Source: Sporopachydermia quercuum (Eukaryota). Taken from it: a stretch of DNA of 64,000 nt. The stretch lies in assembly GCA_001599295.1 (NCBI GenBank), contig BCGN01000007.1:694433-758432 (forward strand). The letters run 5' to 3'. The notes beneath the pieces are model-generated. The model was not told the DNA's origin. It worked only from the letters and a program-made list of their open reading frames with translations, and did no database searches. Position numbers and translations under genes: made by a program. Below are positions 58,501 to 64,000 of this stretch, one piece after another (the stretch's first letter is position 1; the number at the start of each line of letters is the position of its first letter).

Positions 58501-59138
58501 CTGGAGCTGGAACCGGAATCGGGTCGACTTCTACCGATGGATTGCTTGTGTTTCTAACCGATGAGATCCGGAATTTATCAGTNTGGCTGCATTCCCTGAA
58601 CATGGGCCACAATATGGGACCGCCACTTTACGACTCAACATTATTACAGCTGGCAATGGAACTTATTGGGCCGAAAGACGTAATGGTATGCTTTTTATCT
58701 GAGATTCACCGGACACAAGCTGAGCAAATGGGGAAAGCTCGGATGCAGCAAACACGAGGGTCGGTGATGTCGGGTAATTCGGGTAACTATTCTGGCTATC
58801 CAGCATCCTACCCCTCTATAAACTCACCGGTCAGTGCCACAATCTATGTAGTAGCGGCAATGATAGCCACATACGAGCTTCGGCCAAGTACGAAGCAATC
58901 ACGGAAGGAATGGCTTGAATCTGTGTATTCAGGAGCGGGGAAAATAGCGGGGAGTCGAAACCTTGACCTACTAGAGTGTTTGTACGAGTTTAAGGTTCTT
59001 AGCGATAAGGCTAAACCGAGTAAAAATACGGGGCATAGTGGTAATGAAATTGAAATGTTCTTACTTGATGGGACATTTGAGGGGTTGTTTGATAATGTGG
59101 TTACTTTAGTGGCAAACTTGACTGGAAAAGGAAGGTGA
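55593..59138 (+). CDS. NUT1: Mediator tail subunit Med5/Nut1 (1181 aa)
   Basis: NFQDAYADFGCVFL, LLGDWISALFDQGGISDDLMR and TLKGGLEYFLQPFL motifs; convergent with INO80 as in S. cerevisiae. Confidence 0.85.
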   Translation: MTTVSDLRALVVTCLNRRSLPSTFRYYYEYIDEKKNITQDDIIEVFMKNSNGSSDGKDVDLFDPLELRYIVDLSLGEPRSVIGLANLLFLTSYSTYTKRQALLYLIAKSLDHTNPKLSSGLNQVLVFMIKLMSSTRVDDFSRNYREGKINPDEIEDLNAFGTFLRELLSKLAAMDINRSGLLPLYSASFASSLKNFLGCTTLFNKSLAGDIRSMYLLFRPDGSNSATSTNLVGDIDSNIKPPRIGLNTSPNVSRVQRLIWLLEHSYSSKLPDLDLATQLKTFLPDNRPEFVTTELIRTFFDALAVALVRQESTQSITCWKTLVCKRLPLFIDRYFRPTNLEHCITTAIQNLDSKTLSLFKAANGADVLDEMFSGFSATADADFRHDFIRSFIQLGLLPKESFARITDWIXPTSKSRSLSGLTRPDDDSLSRDRANSFASDLTAQLKISDQVFDQNGNLIDVEPFLRSAAEANPEFIPLADSGLMVIFELLEKISATKQELVGKIVIELIEKFVNNNDSARLRRLCLALALNPSAADVLICYYPVPRLFGPLLTFLDEWKDDEEETNFQDAYADFGCVFLFLIFFLKRWDFSLPDLVAVDEKVGENSGENAGNNGNNVDNGNSGNHVPNLNLDPSFSPSLKFPGSSLGFDSGIGFGVDSGFPSTYSTDYATTSVSTSAIVTNSAASSXFTAKGAFLVEYLARLGEPYPLNSLSPSSNALLGDWISALFDQGGISDDLMRRSSAKDCFRLVPTIFQQALLGCRKGIMDIDTLKGGLEYFLQPFLLGTIVGAFAWLQDCLWKQQDVGLVVQILRTLAMPVDLSGDAPHIHRLVLAICGPGIFGVLNEFMDSGAPSPYQAQASQGVDEELLDVFRPWVESGSVPISADHRNFRSQTVLEVIRNSAKISLTHYLRSVAPGSWSRTGPSPGQNTASISGPGSMSISRTGTGTGTGGSNLMYKSGSLAIPGVSGTGTGAGTGIGSTSTDGLLVFLTDEIRNLSXWLHSLNMGHNMGPPLYDSTLLQLAMELIGPKDVMVCFLSEIHRTQAEQMGKARMQQTRGSVMSGNSGNYSGYPASYPSINSPVSATIYVVAAMIATYELRPSTKQSRKEWLESVYSGAGKIAGSRNLDLLECLYEFKVLSDKAKPSKNTGHSGNEIEMFLLDGTFEGLFDNVVTLVANLTGKGR

Positions 59139-59358
59139 AAATGAGGGGTAAGGAAAACCGGGAAAAACTGCGAGTATTGAATTTTCTAATTAAGCATTTC
59201 ACATACTACATAGGGGTAATAATAACCAAACAGACTGAAAAATCATCCAAAAGAAACTCTAAATATACAACTAGTAATTTTCTCTTTTGGTACTTTTGAT
59301 AAATAAAGAATGTACAAAACTATACTTTAGACCAGGAGCTGTGCCATATTGATAATGT

Positions 59359-62300
59359 TTATCGCTTTCTTCTACTCTTTTGAGTAATTGGGCCGACATT
59401 TTCCCCAACCTCTTTAACTTTATTCCCATCGTCAAAGTTACCCTCTCCTTCATGATACATATCTTCTAGTGATTTCCCATTGTTTCCAGTAGTTCCGGTT
59501 TTGCCTTTCTTCCGTTTAGACTTCCCGCCTGCGGCTTTTCTTGCCTGTTTCTCTCGAATTGCCGAGTCTACGGCATCATCGTCATCCATAAGCCAATAAG
59601 CCACTTCTCGGCTCGGTTTCTGGAAATCAAGGCTAGTTTCGGTACTTCCGGTAATGTTTCCGGAGTTATTGCCACTACCCTCATCATTTCCGTTACTTCC
59701 TTCTCCATTATCTCCGTTTCCGTTATTTTCTCCATTATTTTCTCCACTTCCACTTCCACTGCCTTCCATAACAACATGCTGCACGTGTTCTTTCTGCTTC
59801 GCCCGGTCCCGCATCCGCTCTTCAATCGTCCCCCGCACTAACATCCGATACACTGTAACTTGACGCGTCTGGCCTAATCGGTGCGCCCGGTCCATAGCTT
59901 GAGAATCAATCGTCGGATTCCAATCCGAATCATAGAATATAACGGTATCCGCGGCGGTTAAATTGATTCCCAATCCGCCGGCTCGAGTAGAAAGTAAAAA
60001 CACGAATAACTCCGGTTTGGTTTGCCAGTCGTTCACTAAATCCCGACGATCTCCGAGCTTGGATGATCCGTCTAACCGGATATATTTATACTGTCGGAAC
60101 GTTAAATATTCTTCCATTAAATCCATCATTTTAGTCATCTGGAAGTAGATTAATACCCGATGGTCATTAGCTTTTAGTTCCGACAGTAGCGAGTCTAAGC
60201 GGGAGAGTTTACCCGAGTCGGAGACAAANCGGGACATTGAGGGCATTCTAATGGTGGAAAAGCCGAATTTGGAATTCAAAGGCGCAGGGTATAAGTTTGA
60301 AGCTGGGAAGTTACTGAGGGGTAGTTTATATTTCGTTAGGAGGGTGAGTTCTGACGATAAGGATAGCGGGAATAAGGTGGTACTAACCGAGGGGGCAAAC
60401 AAGGTGTCGTGCTGAATAAGGTTCAAACGCGTGGTGGGGTAGAGGGGTTCTACTGGAGGAGCCAAAACGCGGGGGTCGGCACCCGGTTCCCATGATTCAA
60501 TATACATGGATCGGAATAACTCGGAGGAGATGTTGAGTAAAGAATGGAGGATCCCAGTAGGTTGAGTATTTGCCCGAGCGGAAAGCTCATTGAGTTGCGA
60601 GATTAGGAATCGTTTGTGGTTCGGAAAAAATACCTGAGATTCTGAGCCGGATTCCAAGTCANAGTTGCCGTACATAATGGCCAATCTTGAGACCTGATCA
60701 CGTGCATTCAGTTTATGGTATGACGTAATCATCCGTTCAAACACACCTTGTTTTCCNGTTTGTGCTACTTCAGCAGGTGACACGTCTGAGAAGGGCAACC
60801 AGGAGAAATTAGACGGTTTCTCTAATTGAGACGAGATATGGCTGGGATTCCAAATCAGGAGATCTTGTTTCCATTTTGGTAAATACTCTGCATCACAAAG
60901 GGGTTGCTCGGATCCACTTTCGGACACATTTTTTCTTATTCCAGATTCTGTGGTGGCCGTNTCAATTGCCAATTCAGTAATTAACGCCTTCTGTCCTGAA
61001 ATAGTGGAGATTCTCTCGTTATTTCTGGAGTTTCGAGCATTTGAGGTATTAGTCATCGTTTCCGAAACTGAGGAATCTTCGCTTTGCTCGGTTCTCACCG
61101 GTTCTGCTCTCTCTCTTCTCCGACTTCCGGATCCGAGAAACTCCCCAATCAACCGAGGAACCCGGAACTGGATAGGATTCCCTCCGCTGTACTCCACCTC
61201 CACCAAACTCCCCTCTCGGAGAAAACTACCCGTCTCGGCAAAATCGGCAAAACTAAACGCCGACTTCGTGTCCATCCGCTCAAATAAATCGGGATGGTTG
61301 CAAACCTTCCGGAACTGCATTACCAAATTCATCAGATTCTGTGCACCTTCTTCATTCCCGTTCGCAGCTTGCTCAATCAAATCCATCACCGAAATTTGTG
61401 ACCGAAGCATCCGATATAACTTCCGTTGTCTCGTAGTCAAATCACAGTAAACATCAATCTCAATTTTGTCTCCGAGCTCAGATTGCACGTTCTTTTTAAC
61501 TCTTCTAAGCATAAATGGCTTTAATATCACGTGTAGTCGTCTTAATTGTTGATCGTTAAGCTTCGTATTGCTCACAGCATGAGATTCAATGTCCTTACTG
61601 AACCATTCCGAGAACTCGTCATGGGAATCAAACAATGACGGCATGATGAAATGCAATAATGCCCATAGTTCTTGCATGGAGTTCTGAATAGGTGTTCCGG
61701 TAAGAAGCAAGCGGTTTCGGCATTGGAACCCTAAAAGAGTCTTCCACCGGGAAGAGGATGATGATTTGATGGCTTGGGCCTCATCTAGAATCATATATTG
61801 CCATTTCATGCGTTGGAAGTATTGAGCATCCGCTACTACTAGCTGGTAAGAAGTGACGAGGACATGGAACGGGGCGTCGGAAGAGTAAGTAATTTTATGC
61901 CTGTCCCAGAACTTTCGGAGGACTTTCCGGTCTTTAGCAGAACCCCAGTAGGGCAGAACTTTAAATTTCGGGACGAATTTAGCTATTTCCTGTTGCCAAT
62001 TGTGTAAAGTAGATGCTGGAGATACGACAAGGAAAGGGCCCCAAATATTATGGGTTTCAGCTAAATAGGCCAATACTGAGATGGATTGAACGGTCTTGCC
62101 GAGGCCCATTTCGTCAGCAAGGATTCCGTTAATGCCCTGTTCGTAAAGATTAGCGAGCCAATTGAGGCCCTTTAGTTGGTATTCCTTTAATTTGCAAGAT
62201 AAAAGCGAAGGCTGGGGGATTTGGGGTAAAGTTCCAAGGGTGGTTGGGTTTTGGAAGTTCATTTCATCAGAAGAATCCGGAGCGGAAGCGGAGTGGAGGG

Positions 62301-64000
62301 TGTTGAACGCTTGGGCTTTTAATTGGGCTTCCCTAATAGCGGATTGAGCATTAGCAGCGGCAGCGGCATGTAATTCGGAGTCATCGGCTCCGTCAAAATC
62401 TAAAGGTCCTTTCTGAACTGGAGTTTTACTTGCTGTTTCTGCAATCTCGCTTATTTTGCTTGATTCTGTCAAATGGCTCTCTGTCTCATTTCCGGTGCTT
62501 CCATCGTTTATCTTCTTACCTATGAAATGAGAATAAAGTTCTGTCTGAGTAATAAGGAAATTGAGTTTCCGAGCTTGACGTCGAGCTTCCCGTTCTTCTT
62601 CTTCCTTTTTCGCTTGCTCGATTGCTTCCTTCTCCGCTTTCTTCCGAAGATCCCGTTCTTCTCGTTCGTTCCGACGCCAAAATGAAAGCATTTCGCGCAT
62701 TGCTCGTTTAGCTTTTGCTTGTAAATCCTTTGTACCTTTGTTAGTTCGGAGTTGCCATTTTCGGGCTTCCCGGGCGGCTAATAAACTTGTCTTCCGAGCG
62801 TTAGATTGCCGGATAGAAACGGTTTGCTGGTATAGCCGATGTATTTTGTTTGCATCTTTTCGGTACATTTCTCGGAAGATACTATCGTGAACTAGTTGGT
62901 ATTGCCGAGCAATAGCTCGAAGTTCCTTTTCCGAGGGCGGTTTCACTGGAGCTTTAATGGTGATTTTGATCGGCTTATGAGAGGATGCGTTAGATCCCGA
63001 GCCCAAATTAAGGTTTCGGTACGCATCGGAGTCTTCACCCCCATCCGCGGCAGCCGATGCCGACGCAGACGCCAAGGAAGATAGAGTTTTACCCACAGAA
63101 ACCCGTTTGCGTTTCCCATTCGTTGAAAGCGAAAGAGAGATTCTGTTTCTCTGAGATTTGGTACCTTCGAGTTCGGCATCTCCTTCGGTATTTGGGTCGG
63201 CAATGCCATCTTCTGTCTCTCGTGATCTTTTCTTCCGTCTCCGGTCTTTCTTATCCTTCCGAGATTTCTTCCGACGAGAGGAATTGTCCTCTGGTTCGGA
63301 ACCTTCAAGGCCTTGACCGGCATCTGAGTTAATAGCAGTGAATCCGAGTCCGGCAGGAGCAATTGGTCGGAACCGCATAGCGGAAAGTACCCCACCTTCA
63401 GGAACAGAGACGGATTTACCGAGTTTGCCCCTCCGAGAACCAGAGTTAACGCTAAGGTGATCATCATCCTCGGAATCGAACTCTGAACCGGACCCAGAAT
63501 CGGATCCAGATACCGATCCAGAACCTGAGCCGGAATCGATATCGGAACCTCGTCGGTTTCTGGATCTCCGTTTTCCGGCATATTTTCTGGTTTTTGATCT
63601 ATGTGTTCCGCCTCTTGTTCTAATGCCAAGTCGAGCAGTTTCAATTGCTGCTTCAGTTGCTGCTTTATACTCTTCGGCAGCCACGATTGGATCTTCTCCT
63701 GCTTGAACCCGCTTTTTGAATAAGATTTTCTGCTTGTAGCGAGCTCTTTGTGCTACCCGTTGCATCCGTTTCCGTTCTTTTTCCTTTTCTAGTTCAAGGA
63801 ACTTAACCTTAAGCAATGCATGATCGTATAGTAATTCTTGAGATTTAAGGTTCCAGGCGTTGACGTTTTTGGAATAATAGTCTCGGTTAAAAGCCGAGAA
63901 GGCTCTAAGTTGAGAAATAAGTTTGAGCTGATGAAGCTTATTCAAGCTTTCGGCTTTTTCCAGTTGCTTTTGAACAAATAACGCCTTTTCGGAAGCAAAC
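59359..64000 (-). CDS. INO80: Chromatin-remodelling ATPase Ino80 (5' end outside the window)
   Basis: DBINO/HSA region ([23 protein letters not shown]), [19 protein letters not shown], split-ATPase insertion, [21 protein letters not shown]; frame stays open to 64000. Confidence 0.96.
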   Translation of the reverse strand, partial: FASEKALFVQKQLEKAESLNKLHQLKLISQLRAFSAFNRDYYSKNVNAWNLKSQELLYDHALLKVKFLELEKEKERKRMQRVAQRARYKQKILFKKRVQAGEDPIVAAEEYKAATEAAIETARLGIRTRGGTHRSKTRKYAGKRRSRNRRGSDIDSGSGSGSVSGSDSGSGSEFDSEDDDHLSVNSGSRRGKLGKSVSVPEGGVLSAMRFRPIAPAGLGFTAINSDAGQGLEGSEPEDNSSRRKKSRKDKKDRRRKKRSRETEDGIADPNTEGDAELEGTKSQRNRISLSLSTNGKRKRVSVGKTLSSLASASASAAADGGEDSDAYRNLNLGSGSNASSHKPIKITIKAPVKPPSEKELRAIARQYQLVHDSIFREMYRKDANKIHRLYQQTVSIRQSNARKTSLLAAREARKWQLRTNKGTKDLQAKAKRAMREMLSFWRRNEREERDLRKKAEKEAIEQAKKEEEEREARRQARKLNFLITQTELYSHFIGKKINDGSTGNETESHLTESSKISEIAETASKTPVQKGPLDFDGADDSELHAAAAANAQSAIREAQLKAQAFNTLHSASAPDSSDEMNFQNPTTLGTLPQIPQPSLLSCKLKEYQLKGLNWLANLYEQGINGILADEMGLGKTVQSISVLAYLAETHNIWGPFLVVSPASTLHNWQQEIAKFVPKFKVLPYWGSAKDRKVLRKFWDRHKITYSSDAPFHVLVTSYQLVVADAQYFQRMKWQYMILDEAQAIKSSSSSRWKTLLGFQCRNRLLLTGTPIQNSMQELWALLHFIMPSLFDSHDEFSEWFSKDIESHAVSNTKLNDQQLRRLHVILKPFMLRRVKKNVQSELGDKIEIDVYCDLTTRQRKLYRMLRSQISVMDLIEQAANGNEEGAQNLMNLVMQFRKVCNHPDLFERMDTKSAFSFADFAETGSFLREGSLVEVEYSGGNPIQFRVPRLIGEFLGSGSRRRERAEPVRTEQSEDSSVSETMTNTSNARNSRNNERISTISGQKALITELAIXTATTESGIRKNVSESGSEQPLCDAEYLPKWKQDLLIWNPSHISSQLEKPSNFSWLPFSDVSPAEVAQXGKQGVFERMITSYHKLNARDQVSRLAIMYGNXDLESGSESQVFFPNHKRFLISQLNELSARANTQPTGILHSLLNISSELFRSMYIESWEPGADPRVLAPPVEPLYPTTRLNLIQHDTLFAPSVSTTLFPLSLSSELTLLTKYKLPLSNFPASNLYPAPLNSKFGFSTIRMPSMSXFVSDSGKLSRLDSLLSELKANDHRVLIYFQMTKMMDLMEEYLTFRQYKYIRLDGSSKLGDRRDLVNDWQTKPELFVFLLSTRAGGLGINLTAADTVIFYDSDWNPTIDSQAMDRAHRLGQTRQVTVYRMLVRGTIEERMRDRAKQKEHVQHVVMEGSGSGSGENNGENNGNGDNGEGSNGNDEGSGNNSGNITGSTETSLDFQKPSREVAYWLMDDDDAVDSAIREKQARKAAGGKSKRKKGKTGTTGNNGKSLEDMYHEGEGNFDDGNKVKEVGENVGPITQKSRRKR

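Noticed and set aside
840..60961. Roughly 60 isolated single n bases
   Set aside because: Scattered at about 1 per kb and frame-preserving; most likely ambiguity calls or masking, not biology.
56021..63644. Long antisense or alternate-frame ORFs in NUT1/INO80 (202, 182, 166 and 233 aa) and similar ones in other genes
   Set aside because: Shadow ORFs expected from stop-poor, GC-richer coding sequence; no recognisable motifs.
1..64000. tRNA, rRNA, LTR/transposon or CRISPR-like arrays
   Set aside because: No A/B-box cloverleaf, rRNA segment, TG..CA LTR pair, transposase/RT ORF or repeat-spacer array seen by eye.

Overview
Gene-dense eukaryotic nuclear DNA from a budding yeast (Saccharomycotina). 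CTG occupies conserved Leu positions, so the standard code applies. The window holds about 21 protein genes: SPA2, MRPL15, ROK1, ATP20, MCM4, RLF2/CAC1, a very long SLX4, a VPS70-like M28 peptidase, GLK1, RPL30, RPL24, MRPL32, CDC10, AMS1, CDC43, a HEM25-like carrier, LYS5, PEX14, an orphan N/Q-rich ORF, NUT1/MED5 and a 5'-truncated INO80, plus the probable first codons of a gene running off the left edge. Six CDS introns and one 5'-UTR intron can be read from the sequence, several of which correct the ORF track. Gene order retains blocks known from S. cerevisiae. The most notable non-gene signals are: (1) an intact RPL30 autoregulatory kink-turn with a compensatory change; (2) kilobase domains (SPA2; NUT1-INO80) strongly enriched in CGG/CCG while TTA-Leu persists; (3) a hairpin-rich 4.3 kb gene-free interval that may hide an ncRNA; (4) Puf3 elements behind three mitochondrial genes; (5) dense TGTCA and TGCA motif clusters upstream of GLK1; (6) a prion-like orphan inside an ancient synteny block. 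I found no tRNA, rRNA, transposon or CRISPR array. All gene identities come from recalled motifs, not database searches.
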